Shown: positions 11,501 to 22,136 of the stretch, in pieces
Layout of the letters: every line of letters begins with the position of its first letter
Numbering within the stretch: the stretch's first letter is position 1
Assembly: GCA_051546255.1 (NCBI GenBank)
Contig: CP128818.1
Span: 558,001 to 622,000, forward strand
Length of the DNA stretch: 64,000 bases
Source of the DNA: Meyerozyma guilliermondii
Lineage: Eukaryota
Reading direction: 5' to 3'
Program-made: the position numbers and the translations under genes
Notes under the pieces: generated by a model
Told to the model about the DNA's origin: nothing
The model's input: the letters and a program-made list of their open reading frames with translations, nothing else
Database searches by the model: none

Positions 11501-12332
11501 TGACAAGGTCAAAGAAAAGAAACTTGGGTTCGTGGGAAGGTTTGCGAGCTGGATTGAAATTGACAGTAGAGCAACTGTTCACGAAAAATCCAGAAAGATG
11601 GCAGGTGATGTGGTAGGTGTCGTTCTCCAACGTCTGTAACGTCAAATACAACAAATCGCCTCGGACTGCTTCCTTGGGCGAGACTGGTGACCACTGCGAA
11701 ATCGTCAATGATTTTATGGGTACCTGAAGGTCCGAATAAATGTCGTAAAATTTTCCATATTCCAGAAGATCGAGCTTTGTCTCGTCCAAAATTCTGTCAC
11801 AAATGGAACTTATACTTGCCTTGTCATCTTCACCCAAGTCTACCTTTTCTTTTTCGTCTTCTTTTTGGTCGGGAACTTGCGACAATTGCAATTGGTCAAA
11901 TTTTCCAACTCCGCTCAACTCACCCAATTCAAAAGCTCTTCTGTCAATAAAGTGCAACCCAATAACCTCCCGAAACTTGTTCAAGTGTTCGTAAACTGCT
12001 GCCAAAGTGTACGGTTTATGACGTAACTCAAGCTTGACGTTTGGCTGCGATTCCACTCTTAAAGCTGAAATAACCTCAGAAATGGGACACAATTCATCAA
12101 AAGTCTCGGAAATGTTCGTATTGCGGTAAAACACATAGTAATTGGTCAAATCTCGCATCGAACTAAGCAATCCGAGAGTCAGAGTCAAGTCGGAAATGGT
12201 GTCTGACTCGGCCATTTTCACCGTCAACGGCTTCAGAGCACCCAGAACATCCTTCGGAAGCGTGATCTCCACACTGACCAAATTTTGGCTGCTCAATGCA
12301 GTTTCCTGGCCTTCAGCGTTGTCTTCCGTCAT
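8520..12332 (-). CDS. CLU1: Clustered mitochondria protein Clu1/Tif31
   Basis: Clu domain (DWNEDFQAIRELP, GTDGRNYVIDLYR), C-terminal TPR-like region, 1270 aa. Confidence 0.95.
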   Translation of the reverse strand: MTEDNAEGQETALSSQNLVSVEITLPKDVLGALKPLTVKMAESDTISDLTLTLGLLSSMRDLTNYYVFYRNTNISETFDELCPISEVISALRVESQPNVKLELRHKPYTLAAVYEHLNKFREVIGLHFIDRRAFELGELSGVGKFDQLQLSQVPDQKEDEKEKVDLGEDDKASISSICDRILDETKLDLLEYGKFYDIYSDLQVPIKSLTISQWSPVSPKEAVRGDLLYLTLQTLENDTYHITCHLSGFFVNSCSTVNFNPARKPSHEPKFLFFDLVSSLSPAFAKTIARNEEILANSSRYAESYLIPSHTSGSYPWLVDTSAISRKPDQSRPQLLILNNGVDGSDNVKDWNEDFQAIRELPSGTVNERILRERLAIKLVSEFTKQATETAVNIIKGNLTPMNPNELVEQHIYMRNGIFYSSGVNATGAFDETGGNEAARYAAAKDLAGVKLLNRIDAKGIYHLATCVVDYMGRRIVCQAPVPGILNDPIVESDEAPADKVCYGLLTDGTKVYSDSQFHEALKPIAEAFHMKPHKVTLPNGFKTKEDIALSKDSKGIRGTDGRNYVIDLYRSTPLDIDFIEKHWRPEHSDSYPHRETVLRHEAVEEWWRRRALAIFKSETERLEAEQGAKKNEGESEKPQILLDAQKVLFNPDAFTHDEVDEEDKEVVREMSLFVTKQLIEEFVEESKKQLCPFDGSHLSSLLHKAGINLRYLGLIATRAQESLEAFEQEEKSKIEDNEKAIEEEKKEEKTEKKEEKEEKADEEKSENEEDKTKPEEPSKGVFDPIKANLNSVRLLAIQEMIARAVKHIFRSFAHTLSSYLLPYFVAHFHNCLLGSQVLSKPEISIDETLTAFADPDALRFITLDHQQVVSMVEEEVLLRFRFELPENWINAVSPITMMREISHKFGIQWKTQGYAFTAEGFKEFQQSTENIIVHKQKSSKKLKKRSLPSVEEVFKRKTIFVADDIISFTPSVKSSSYKATLLDEIFEAARGKIAAEEKDSGVTLLNELVSIYEQIYGVVHPETSNFYSVLSQFYSDLGFTTEASEVARKACVLFERTAGFDSFETISSYINSAYFEAANSSYVNAFKLYEKALGDWDFVFGSHHPSSVTTLTNLAEILAQLKITDKANRLFSAALELSEKINGEDSQITAMIHYRFAGTLVNENRFDEALGHFEKAHTTFSRHIDPNDRLTKDCSNYVANLKTYIAYMKQQAKDKNKPKKVKAPPVPPQATTKKSKNKSKMAQPDPEIASQSVDEILKFIEGKTKTKKK

Positions 12333-12630
12333 AGGCCGGTAACAAAAGTGTTGAGGATTTGCGGCCGAGCTTTGGAAATTTTTGACCGCTTAGGTAAGCA
12401 CCCCACAATAAACTTAACCCCGGTAGGACGGACAAAGACAACGAAATTGAACAGCAGCCTTTGTAAGAGCAGTGCCTAAATCACAAATTGACCCATGCTT
12501 CATTTACGAGTTCTAATTGCATCCCCACATGGGAATGTGTGCTTATGTAATCGGAATTTACGAGGTTCGGGTTTATTCGTCTTTCTAAGAGTCATCATAT
12601 ATATTGGTACCTAGCAACCAATACGTAGCT

Positions 12631-14466
12631 ATGGAAGCTGATAGTCTTGGAAACTCACGGAATGGAGCCCAGAAGTCTGGTGGGCGCCCGAGAATACATA
12701 TAAATGACCTTCCCTTTGAAGTACTTATCAATATCTTCTCGCGGTTGAATCCACTCGATCTTTGTAATGGAAGAGTGGTGTGCAAAAAGTGGTATGAGGC
12801 GATTCGGGACAAGCATACGTGGGCAGGATCGTTTTCGCGGAGATTTGGTTCGAGCAAAGTGTTTCCTTCTGTATCTGGATCGTCGGTTTGGATGACTGAA
12901 TATTTCACCAGGCTTGAGGTGTATAAAAGATGGCGTAAAGGTATAGCCAGACATACCAGTTACCAAGTTCTCAACAACAATGAGTTTGCCATGATCAATC
13001 ACAGCATAGCTGACTTCAATCAGAACCGTTTGCTTACCTTTTCTCAAGGAGATATACAGATTTGCAATCTTCGAGATGGCAAAAATGTCACGTATATTCC
13101 AGGAAACCAGGCATTTTCCCGCATTTCCGCCTACTCTGTGAGCTGGGATTACTTGTTTCTCGGTAAGGAGACTGGGGGACTATATTTGAAAAACTTGAAA
13201 ACGTCTACATCTTCCACAACTTCACGCACTTCATTGATTACGCTTATAGATGATACTGCTGAAGACCTCGATCCCATCACCTGTACTGCTTTGAGTTTCT
13301 ACTTGGATAAGCATAGGCGAGATGTGGATTGTATAGCGGGAACAATGCTGGGAGCTGTGAAATTTTGGAATATTAACGGAACCTTGAAGAAGACACTTGA
13401 GTTGAACGACCCTTTGGTTGAGATCAAAAGTAATTTCCAAAACGTTGCCGTGGCATTATCTCTTTCAAAGTTTTACATCATAGATTTGAAAACGTTTAAG
13501 GTCTCTTCAATCGATTTGGAACTCACGTTCGTGGAGCAAGACAAACATCGTTTGTTCATGGATGTTGATTTTGCTGACAGCAATATTATACTATGTTACA
13601 AGAACAGGATCTGGTTATACAACTACGAGCGAAACACCAATTCTTCTGTGGAATTTGAACCAGACTTGACGATTGTAAATGCAAAGATGCAAACGGTTTC
13701 GAAACGAAACCTCACCAAACGAGATAAGCTGTTGGCAGGTTCTGATGGGCTATTATACGCCAATATTTTGTCCAATGGCACTGTGATAGTGTGGAATGTG
13801 CGGGATATTGGCTCTACTATCATTCCCCAGTGTCTTATAAGTCCTGCGTTTACCAGAATTTGGCCCGATCATTTTATTCCTGAAGCTGAAGCCACTTCTA
13901 TCTCACTCAATTCCAGCATTCTTGCGGTGGGAGGACTCAATGGCTCCACCAACCTCTACAACGCCATTACTGGTCAGTTTTTAAGATACTGTTCCGTCAA
14001 ATTCCCCAAGAAGCTTTCACATATCTACCACAGCATTACTGGAGTTTCAGATATCATATTGAATCCCGACCAAACCGATACCCTGGGAGCTATTGTGATC
14101 ATGGACGCAGTTCAGTATTTCAGTTTTGGCGACAACCAAACAAAATTTGGCACCAAAGATAAAAAAAAATTGAACGTTGGACCTTCAAATAAGCAGTATG
14201 TCAAACAGTCGATTCGAGACGGCATGGAAGATTACGATCGCCAGCAGAGTATCAAGCAGCAACGGGAGCAGCTTGTAGAACGATATAATGGAGCGGAATA
14301 CGAACCTGAAGAGGAACTTTCAGTGGCATTGGCAATTAGTGAAAGCATTCTGTCACCGGCCGAATCTAACAATACAACTGCATCGCCCACCGAGGGTTCG
14401 AGTTCCGGCATTGATGAAGATGAGCAGTTGAGAATTGCATTAGAAAAGTCACTCTACGAGTTGTAA
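12631..14466 (+). CDS. UFO1: F-box/WD40 protein with C-terminal UIMs (Ufo1/Pof10-like)
   Basis: F-box INDLPFEVLINIFSRL...VCKKW; UIMs EEELSVALAISES and DEDEQLRIALEKSL; synteny with RPM2/TUB1. Confidence 0.8.
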   Translation: MEADSLGNSRNGAQKSGGRPRIHINDLPFEVLINIFSRLNPLDLCNGRVVCKKWYEAIRDKHTWAGSFSRRFGSSKVFPSVSGSSVWMTEYFTRLEVYKRWRKGIARHTSYQVLNNNEFAMINHSIADFNQNRLLTFSQGDIQICNLRDGKNVTYIPGNQAFSRISAYSVSWDYLFLGKETGGLYLKNLKTSTSSTTSRTSLITLIDDTAEDLDPITCTALSFYLDKHRRDVDCIAGTMLGAVKFWNINGTLKKTLELNDPLVEIKSNFQNVAVALSLSKFYIIDLKTFKVSSIDLELTFVEQDKHRLFMDVDFADSNIILCYKNRIWLYNYERNTNSSVEFEPDLTIVNAKMQTVSKRNLTKRDKLLAGSDGLLYANILSNGTVIVWNVRDIGSTIIPQCLISPAFTRIWPDHFIPEAEATSISLNSSILAVGGLNGSTNLYNAITGQFLRYCSVKFPKKLSHIYHSITGVSDIILNPDQTDTLGAIVIMDAVQYFSFGDNQTKFGTKDKKKLNVGPSNKQYVKQSIRDGMEDYDRQQSIKQQREQLVERYNGAEYEPEEELSVALAISESILSPAESNNTTASPTEGSSSGIDEDEQLRIALEKSLYEL

Positions 14467-14605
14467 CGAACAATATGACGAGAAATAAAAAAGAGTAAAA
14501 AAAAGGCAATGTATGTCGAAGAATGATGTAGCTAACTCTTGCTGAAATTAATGGCTGCGAAATGCCAGTGCGAAACCCCGGCTTAACTCCCGCGCTAAGG
14601 CCGGA

Positions 14606-14613
14606 CACGTGAC
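14606..14613. promoter_or_regulatory. Cbf1-type site CACGTGAC upstream of RPM2
   Basis: Exact motif about 90 nt upstream of the ATG. Confidence 0.45.
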
Positions 14614-14699
14614 CGGTTCCGGCTCGTTCCGAATGTGAACAATTATTTTGTCTCACCGATTTCTCCAGCGGCAAATCATTCACAACCAATTATGTTATA

Positions 14700-17600
14700 A
14701 TGGTGTTTTCAAGTTTTGTGAAGCAGTTCCACCACACTGAGAAGATCTCTTTCTTCCAGAGTGCGTATCCGTTCTTGAAAACCAACAATTTAACAAATTT
14801 TCATACTTTCTTCAACACCAGTTGGAGAGGAAAATTTCCCCATGCTTCCGCTGCTTCGTCCGGAACTCATTTTTTGGGCATCGATGCCGGCCATTATGGC
14901 CTTTACTATTCCATCTTTAATCGGGATGTTGACCGAAGACGATCCCGTAACGAGGTGCTCAACGTACCACTCACTTCTAATATCATGAAAGAGCTCTACG
15001 ATACCGCATACGACATTGACCAGTCATCGCGGTTCTTTATTCTGCAAACGAAAAAGGACATCGACATAAATATCGACTACTTGAAGGCTATCTCCAAGCA
15101 ATACTTGGCATCATTGGGTCCAATTGCGACCTCGGTTCAAGTTCGTCATCTTTCTACGAAAGCTTTCCCCATAGAAAACGAGGCCGAAGCCCCAGAACAA
15201 TTCCAGGAAAAGTCACCGGAAGAACCTCAAAAATCTGAACCAGAGGCGGATGAGGCGATCTCTGCATCTCTCGCTACTAATTTGGTCAATCAGATCGTCA
15301 CTGTTTTCGCTAACCATCAATCTCCACAAGACTTGAACGTCATCTACCCTCTCTACCAATCGCTCAAGAGAAATGAAATTACACTCCCTTCCATCGCCGA
15401 ATACAATATGGTTCTCAAGGCAATTGCCGACAGAGCGTTGAACAGTGAAGTGACTAATGAGGACATCGAGTCCAAATTGACTACTTTGTTAACAGTTTAT
15501 CAGGATATTTTGCAAGCTTCTGTGCACACAAAGAGCGACTCGCTCAAACCTAACGAGGAAACCTTTAATATCATATTGCGTGAATTGTTTCAGGGTGCAA
15601 ATAAGACATGGGAGTTGGCCAAAGATCAGTGCCATTACGCTCGTCAAACGTCCTTGACTCGCTGTATGGAATACTCAAAACTTGGAATTGACTTGTTCAG
15701 ATCAATTGCTGACAAGGAGTCTCTTAATCTTGACGACGTACTTCCTGGGCTCGTGCATCTGCTCATCAATCATGGAGAGCTTGTAACGAAATCGGTCTTC
15801 ACAGAAGTTATGGCATCGGTACCAAGCTACAAGTCAGGTTCACTTTTTGTCGATTTGATCAAATTGACCAAGTTCGCTCCTGGCCAGGCTGAAGATGTAC
15901 TTCGTCAGATCACGACACTCTATGATGAGTTCAAAGCACAAGCACAAGAAGACGATAGCCTCGTAGCTTTCGAATACGAAGTGTACTGCGCAATAATCGA
16001 AACCTGCGCTGAGCGCGGTAACTTGCCAGTAGCCACGAAGTTCTTGGATACAATCTTATTAGACTACAAGACGTCAAAGGGATCTCACGGAAAGATGACA
16101 CAATCACAAGTACCTTCGAAACAACAAATTTCCCTCGTCATGTCTTCATACATTCGCGGCTTATTAAGAATTGGCGAAATTGAAAAGGCTCACAACTTAA
16201 TTCATACTTTCAACCAGTTGTCGTACCTTCCAGAGCTTTCAGTCAGCGTACTAAATGAAACCATAAATACCCTTCTTCGCCGTCTTGAAACTTTCACAGA
16301 CGTCAATGTCATTCGCTCGGATTACAAAAGGATATGGAAGCTCTATCTCAGACTTGCTATCCGGAAGGATTACCACACTGAGTCTAACTTGCAGCCATGT
16401 CGTGAGGCTATTCTAGTGACTACCATCAAAATGGGGGATCACGACCGTGTCTTCCAATTGATCAAAGAGATTCTTCTCAAGAATCATCTTATAAAGGATA
16501 TCAATGCCATTCGCATTTGCAGCAGTTATTTGTACTCAGGATACGCGGCCAACCGGGAACAGAAGTACTATCTTGATCTTCTCTGGACCCTTATAGACGG
16601 TCAATCTGAGCACTACCCTGCCGAAAATATCAATGCTTTTCTCTCTGAGTTTGCACCTTGCTTGATTGCTGATGCTGAGAAGCACACTTTGGACCTCGTC
16701 CTCAATTCATCCACGGTGAGATCGGCATTCTCGACCTTCAATTTGCAAACTGATAATGTTTACGGTCTTTTCCAGGTGTCGAAGATGTTATTTGCTTGCC
16801 TCGACCAACAAAGTATGACAGATACGGAAAGGTTGAAGACCTTGAGGTTACTTTGTCAACTCAGCAATCAATTCACAGATACTGAGAATCACTACGTTGA
16901 GCTTCATCCTGAGTTGATCTCTTTCAAAGATCATTTGGCATCGCGTGTTGTCTCGCTTTTTGAGTCTTGCAAGTCGATACCTGACTTCCGTATGACTGGC
17001 GTTTTGGCTAATGCGTGTAGCTCTTTGGATATTTCTGTTCAGCTTGCTTCGGAAGACTTCTCATCCACCCTTTTGGACCATGTGAAATACGACATAGACT
17101 TGTCGTTTATCCTAAACGTTAATTACAAAGTGGGTGTGTCTCGCTTTTTAAATTTGTTTAAAGAGGGTTATGGCTTCAACTACCGCACTTGGAACATCAT
17201 GATTAATCTGTCGTTTGTCAGTGATGTTTTGGAGCGCAAGAATCCAATAAGTGCTCAATCCTTTATTCAAAGGCTCTTATCGCTGCAATTATCTGTTGAG
17301 TCAAAGGCAATACTTGTGAAGAGGTTGATCGAAATTCACAGTGACGCAGTCAATATTGCGGTCTCAAAGGAGATTTCGGCACCCCTGTTGGCGAAAGACA
17401 GTCCACTCATACAAACAGATGTGTTATCACTGTTGACTTCGGCACTTGAAGAGAGCCCAAATTTATACGCTCGTGGCTTGTTTGGCCAAGTCTTTCCCCT
17501 TCTTTATCGCATGAACTCAAGCGGCGAATGGGTCGGCAAGTATTTCAGCATGCTATCCAAAACGAACAATTTCGAGCTTATTGAAAGCGCGGTGTTGAGT

Positions 17601-18431
17601 ACCCCATCATTGATGGAGAGTTTGAGTTTGTCGGATGAGAATTCCACACTGATTTTCTCAGCAATTTTGAAATATCAGATTTTCAACAAAAATGTTTCTT
17701 CGATTGAAAGTATGATTGCAAAGTTGAGTGAATTAAATTACCTGAACAATCCCGAAATAAGAGATCAGGTTCAGAACTATTATCTCAGCGTTGGTAAGAC
17801 TGATTCAGCATTATTCAAGGATGATTCGAGCTCTTTCTTGACGTTTTACAACTCATTGACGAACGACATTGGTTCTGTCAGTGTCCAGAAAAATGACTTG
17901 AAGTCAATTGTCTATGCAATCATCAGCCAGCGCAATAACAAAGAGAGCTTGCAATTGGCTATGGATAACATCAAGGTGATCTTGAACTCTAAATCTGCGT
18001 TTGTGAACTTGGCCTTGTCTTCGTTTGTGAGAGCTGGTACAATTAACCATGACACCAACACATCCCAAAAGCACTTGGTGAAGAGATTCGAAGCCTTTTT
18101 GCAATGTCTTCGTTCTTTGAACGTGCGCTCGTTGTCTGAAACCCACTTGAGCAGCATCATCCAATTTCTCACTATCACGAGATCGAACGATCTTATCAAC
18201 TTGATCATGAACAGAATGATCAACAATAACCAAATCACCGGCCTCTTGCGTTTTCAGCGCCTAGAATTTTCCATTAGCGACTCTTTCAAAAAATCTTTGG
18301 TGGAGCTTCTAAGCAGCAGCACTGCCTTTTTGAACGACTCGCTTAACTCATTCACGTTAGGAACGTACACTGAACAAATGCAAGTTGCTCCAAGAGATTT
18401 CGAACAGAGCATCAGGAGTACGCTAGCATGA
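14700..18431 (+). CDS. RPM2: Mitochondrial RNase P protein component (PPR-like), Rpm2
   Basis: N-terminus MVFSSFVKQFHHTEKISFFQSAY resembles Rpm2; PPR-like YNMVLKAI and PNEETFNIIL; about 1240 aa; synteny with UFO1. Confidence 0.72.
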   Translation: MVFSSFVKQFHHTEKISFFQSAYPFLKTNNLTNFHTFFNTSWRGKFPHASAASSGTHFLGIDAGHYGLYYSIFNRDVDRRRSRNEVLNVPLTSNIMKELYDTAYDIDQSSRFFILQTKKDIDINIDYLKAISKQYLASLGPIATSVQVRHLSTKAFPIENEAEAPEQFQEKSPEEPQKSEPEADEAISASLATNLVNQIVTVFANHQSPQDLNVIYPLYQSLKRNEITLPSIAEYNMVLKAIADRALNSEVTNEDIESKLTTLLTVYQDILQASVHTKSDSLKPNEETFNIILRELFQGANKTWELAKDQCHYARQTSLTRCMEYSKLGIDLFRSIADKESLNLDDVLPGLVHLLINHGELVTKSVFTEVMASVPSYKSGSLFVDLIKLTKFAPGQAEDVLRQITTLYDEFKAQAQEDDSLVAFEYEVYCAIIETCAERGNLPVATKFLDTILLDYKTSKGSHGKMTQSQVPSKQQISLVMSSYIRGLLRIGEIEKAHNLIHTFNQLSYLPELSVSVLNETINTLLRRLETFTDVNVIRSDYKRIWKLYLRLAIRKDYHTESNLQPCREAILVTTIKMGDHDRVFQLIKEILLKNHLIKDINAIRICSSYLYSGYAANREQKYYLDLLWTLIDGQSEHYPAENINAFLSEFAPCLIADAEKHTLDLVLNSSTVRSAFSTFNLQTDNVYGLFQVSKMLFACLDQQSMTDTERLKTLRLLCQLSNQFTDTENHYVELHPELISFKDHLASRVVSLFESCKSIPDFRMTGVLANACSSLDISVQLASEDFSSTLLDHVKYDIDLSFILNVNYKVGVSRFLNLFKEGYGFNYRTWNIMINLSFVSDVLERKNPISAQSFIQRLLSLQLSVESKAILVKRLIEIHSDAVNIAVSKEISAPLLAKDSPLIQTDVLSLLTSALEESPNLYARGLFGQVFPLLYRMNSSGEWVGKYFSMLSKTNNFELIESAVLSTPSLMESLSLSDENSTLIFSAILKYQIFNKNVSSIESMIAKLSELNYLNNPEIRDQVQNYYLSVGKTDSALFKDDSSSFLTFYNSLTNDIGSVSVQKNDLKSIVYAIISQRNNKESLQLAMDNIKVILNSKSAFVNLALSSFVRAGTINHDTNTSQKHLVKRFEAFLQCLRSLNVRSLSETHLSSIIQFLTITRSNDLINLIMNRMINNNQITGLLRFQRLEFSISDSFKKSLVELLSSSTAFLNDSLNSFTLGTYTEQMQVAPRDFEQSIRSTLA

Positions 18432-18583
18432 ACACCCAATGACAATACCATATATTTATATAACGATATTTATTATGATACACGACAGCATACATCACCC
18501 CACTCGTTCTTATCTGCACCCCACGTCAATGTCAAAATTCGGGTGCGAGCCGCATATTGATTCTATTAATTATAACCAGATCC

Positions 18584-19510
18584 ATGACTTCCGCCCACAA
18601 AACTGCCGTTACGTCGTTCAATTCGAACCATGGCTCCTATGACCAGTTCAGACCCTCGTTTAGGTCCTCTATCGTCGATCAATTCTTACAAGATTTGAAT
18701 CTAGGAAATGACAAGAAGAAGCGGATTTTGGAGTTGGCCGCCGGTACCGGAAAATTCACCAAAAGCTTAGTCGATAAGGGATACACCAACTTAGTTGTTG
18801 TGGAACCATCTGAAGGAATGTTGCAAACATTTCACCAGAACTTTCCAGACATTGAAACTCATTTGGGTTCTTCGTATGACATTCCTCTTAAGGATGATAG
18901 TGTGGATGCCGTGGTAGTGGCGCAAGGATTTCACTGGTTTAGTGACGAGGCATCGCTTGAGGAAATTAAGCGGGTTTTAAAGAACGGGGGCAAGTTTGGT
19001 TGCATTTGGAACTACGATACCTACTCAAAGCTGCAAATTTTGAACACACCTTTGCCGAGCGTCAAGTTTTTGTTTGAAGATTTGGCGACTGAAACCGTTC
19101 AAGAATTGTTAGACGGACCCATTGAGCGGGAAACACCGTTTGAAGTTTCCAAAAAAATCTATGATCAGCGTCCTTGGTGCCATGAAGTTTCTACTTATAT
19201 CTATGGCTACGATGTCAATGTTCCCCAGTATCGTCATGGAAAATGGAGAGAAGTCTTACAAAATTCCAAAGTGTTTCCGCCCATTGAAAATGAGGGATTC
19301 TTGCTCTACGAATCTTTGATACCCGAAGATGAAGTGTTCAAATACTGGGAAACACGGTCCTATATCACTGCTCTTCCTGACAGTGACAAGCAAACGATAC
19401 AGTACAATCTTGGGTCTATCATGCGTGATAAGGTAACAGAACTGGATCGCAGTGGAGATTCACTCAAGAGAATCATGGGAACACACTTTGTAGTGGTTCC
19501 TAAAGAGTGA
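18584..19510 (+). CDS. Class I SAM-dependent methyltransferase (Methyltransf_11-like)
   Basis: ILELAAGTGKF motif I, VEPSEGM, SVDAVVVAQGFHWF, RVLKNGG. Confidence 0.9.
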   Translation: MTSAHKTAVTSFNSNHGSYDQFRPSFRSSIVDQFLQDLNLGNDKKKRILELAAGTGKFTKSLVDKGYTNLVVVEPSEGMLQTFHQNFPDIETHLGSSYDIPLKDDSVDAVVVAQGFHWFSDEASLEEIKRVLKNGGKFGCIWNYDTYSKLQILNTPLPSVKFLFEDLATETVQELLDGPIERETPFEVSKKIYDQRPWCHEVSTYIYGYDVNVPQYRHGKWREVLQNSKVFPPIENEGFLLYESLIPEDEVFKYWETRSYITALPDSDKQTIQYNLGSIMRDKVTELDRSGDSLKRIMGTHFVVVPKE

Positions 19511-19567
19511 AAAATAACCATGAGAACTTCATAAAATCTTTATCTATAATGAATATGCTATGAACAT

Positions 19568-21724
19568 TTAGTTTCGTAATCGTGACGAGCCGGATAGCCA
19601 TGCCTTGCCCAAATATCTGTAATACTCGACCAAAGTGTTGTCTATCTTCACCAACACGCCGTTATCCGTCGTCTTGTCGAAAGTGGTAATCTTATCGTAT
19701 GCACAGTAGTAGTAGCCACTACAAATTGGGTTTTTCATCCAACCCTTCAGCGGATTTCTGTCCTTGAAAAAGGGTTGTTTCAGTCGATCAACTTCGTCAA
19801 TCTCTTTTTGCAATTTCCATCCGTCCATTTTTTTCATCTGTCTGGACTTGTCGTAGGAATTGTGGATGCCTCGTAATTCAGGCTCGGTTGGCGGTATGAT
19901 GGCATGGGTAACAACTAGTGGCTCGGCGTAGAGGGGCCCCAAAACTTCCATCTGATTCATTTCCGATAGCGGAAAATGCTGCTTGTCTCGCAGCTGGCTA
20001 TTTTTTTTGCAAAATGAAAAACCAGAATTCATCCACAAGACGTTTCCATATTTGTCGATATGTCCTGGATGTGTAGAACATACCTCGTTGCTCTCAGCAT
20101 CTGGATAGTAGCTATATTGTTTAGCGGTTGTGAGCTGGCCCACGCTTGCCGCGGGATAGTAATTGAATCTGTAGTTTTCGTCTCCGGCCATCGAAAGCCC
20201 AAGCCAGTACATTTCCTTTTCTCCCCACACGGCACTGCCAACGGGTTCTTTCCAGAGCGATAAAGGAAACATCATCATTACTCCCGAAAGATGGGCAACT
20301 TTGTCGATTGCGACTACACCTGCTTCTTGGTAGTGTCTGTAGCCGGCCATGTAGGTGTTTCCAAGACTGACATATGTGGCCAGCAGGATGCCAAAGATAT
20401 CCTCCAAAGTCTTTTCATTAGCAGAAGGAAACAATTTCGCAAAAAAATTGGTTTCGATGTACTCGTTGGTGTCTCTCAATGTTCTATCTTTGAAAAAATA
20501 GGTACCTGTCTCTCTGTACTCCTGCGAAAGGAAGAAGTGATTTGGACGAACCAACGGAATAGCGTCTGCGTCTAGCAAAACAACCTCTTTGAAAGAGGTG
20601 AAAAAGAGTGCAAGGAGCTTGTTTGCAAACCCGGGGAACTTGGTGCGGAATTCTGACTTGATAGCTGGTTTGATATTCACAAAGGTGACGTTTTGCGGAG
20701 TATAATTGATTCCGTAGGCTGTACCATTGGCCAACAAGTCTATTTCGGGCCACACTTTCTTCCAGCTGTAAGTTCCGGGCGGTTCAAGGAGTTCCTTTTT
20801 ATCGGCTGTGGCTGCAAATTCAACGAATTCTCGGTTCCGTTTGCTGAAGTCGTCTCGATGAATAATTTGAATAGGCAAGGTATTGTCTAGCGCACGAAGA
20901 AGACGGATCAATTTGACTATGTCTCTGCCGTGTTTGGACGATGCACTCAAAACTATGCCCTTTCCGTTACTTTTTGTCTTGATAAACTCCACCAAGTTTG
21001 AGCCTTTATACTCATGGTAAACGTCAAAATTATCTGCCAAAGGAAACCCATTGGTGATGGTGGAGTTGTTAAAAGTAAACTCGGGAAGCGTGTTGGTTAG
21101 AAAAGGAAGAACCTTGTTTGTCATTTTGTCGTATAATTCTGTTTCTGTCGATGGTGGTACCCATTCTTCCACAAAACACTTTTGGTATATTCTCGTGGTT
21201 GCAATGAAATCTGCCATTTTCTGTTCAGTTTCCATCGTCTTCTTAATTGCTTGCTGGAAATTCCGTTCGACTGTGGCATTTTCGTATGTCGAACCCGGCA
21301 CATCTAGCTTCTTTCTGTCGTCGTTATCATCGCGAAGGTCTCGGATCAGTTCCCGAAAATATCGCTGCTTGTCCAATATACGTCTTTCAAACAAATCGAC
21401 GTTTTTATCAAACGGCCGGAGTTCCCAATCCGGGTCGTTCTCTAGCAAATCACGGAAAAATTTGACACATCTTTCCTCTTGCGGAAGCTGCTTGAACTGT
21501 TCCATGTTAAATTTCGCAGCCAATCGGTCGTAGTCGCCATACTTGTAGTTGGACACATGAACATGTTTACTGAGCAAACTGTCACTCTCTTCAAACCTAG
21601 TATGCTGGGGAATACCTCGTACAGCGCCCATAGCGTAATCGTATCGTAAATACATCACCATCATACAAACCATGGCCAAAGCCACTAGTGCGACCAAGAA
21701 CCCTCTTCGGATTGAATATCTCAT
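19568..21724 (-). CDS. Alpha-1,3-mannosyltransferase, MNN1 family (GT71)
   Basis: Type II TM anchor, NKLLALFFTSFKEVVLLDADA (DxD), YFFKDR, QEAGVVAIDK, WGEKEMYWLG. Confidence 0.92.
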   Translation of the reverse strand: MRYSIRRGFLVALVALAMVCMMVMYLRYDYAMGAVRGIPQHTRFEESDSLLSKHVHVSNYKYGDYDRLAAKFNMEQFKQLPQEERCVKFFRDLLENDPDWELRPFDKNVDLFERRILDKQRYFRELIRDLRDDNDDRKKLDVPGSTYENATVERNFQQAIKKTMETEQKMADFIATTRIYQKCFVEEWVPPSTETELYDKMTNKVLPFLTNTLPEFTFNNSTITNGFPLADNFDVYHEYKGSNLVEFIKTKSNGKGIVLSASSKHGRDIVKLIRLLRALDNTLPIQIIHRDDFSKRNREFVEFAATADKKELLEPPGTYSWKKVWPEIDLLANGTAYGINYTPQNVTFVNIKPAIKSEFRTKFPGFANKLLALFFTSFKEVVLLDADAIPLVRPNHFFLSQEYRETGTYFFKDRTLRDTNEYIETNFFAKLFPSANEKTLEDIFGILLATYVSLGNTYMAGYRHYQEAGVVAIDKVAHLSGVMMMFPLSLWKEPVGSAVWGEKEMYWLGLSMAGDENYRFNYYPAASVGQLTTAKQYSYYPDAESNEVCSTHPGHIDKYGNVLWMNSGFSFCKKNSQLRDKQHFPLSEMNQMEVLGPLYAEPLVVTHAIIPPTEPELRGIHNSYDKSRQMKKMDGWKLQKEIDEVDRLKQPFFKDRNPLKGWMKNPICSGYYYCAYDKITTFDKTTDNGVLVKIDNTLVEYYRYLGKAWLSGSSRLRN

Positions 21725-22136
21725 AATTTGCAAATAAACTTGTTAAAGTTGTTCAAAACATTAGCAATTGACGGCCAGGGAGGCACAGCACTGTTTTAGC
21801 TATAAGCCTCCGAAGCTTACTGTCGTGTGCTCGCCGGCACGTGGGTGGCTTTGCCGGGCGAGGCGAAGGAAGAATAATCGAGGCGAAAATAAATGTAGAT
21901 GAAGAAGAGTGTATCGATTTGTATTGCACTTATATATCAAGTTTTGTATTGCTTTTTGTATTGCATTTTGTGTTTGTTTCAGTTAAAGGACCTTGGTCTC
22001 ACTTATTTCTCATCGAATTTCATTTTCATTTTCTCTCAAATGCGTAATTTGCAACTTTCGCGATTTGCAACTTTCACCTACATTTCACTACATTTATCTC
22101 GATTTATTAGCTCGATTTCTCTCCATTTTATCTCAT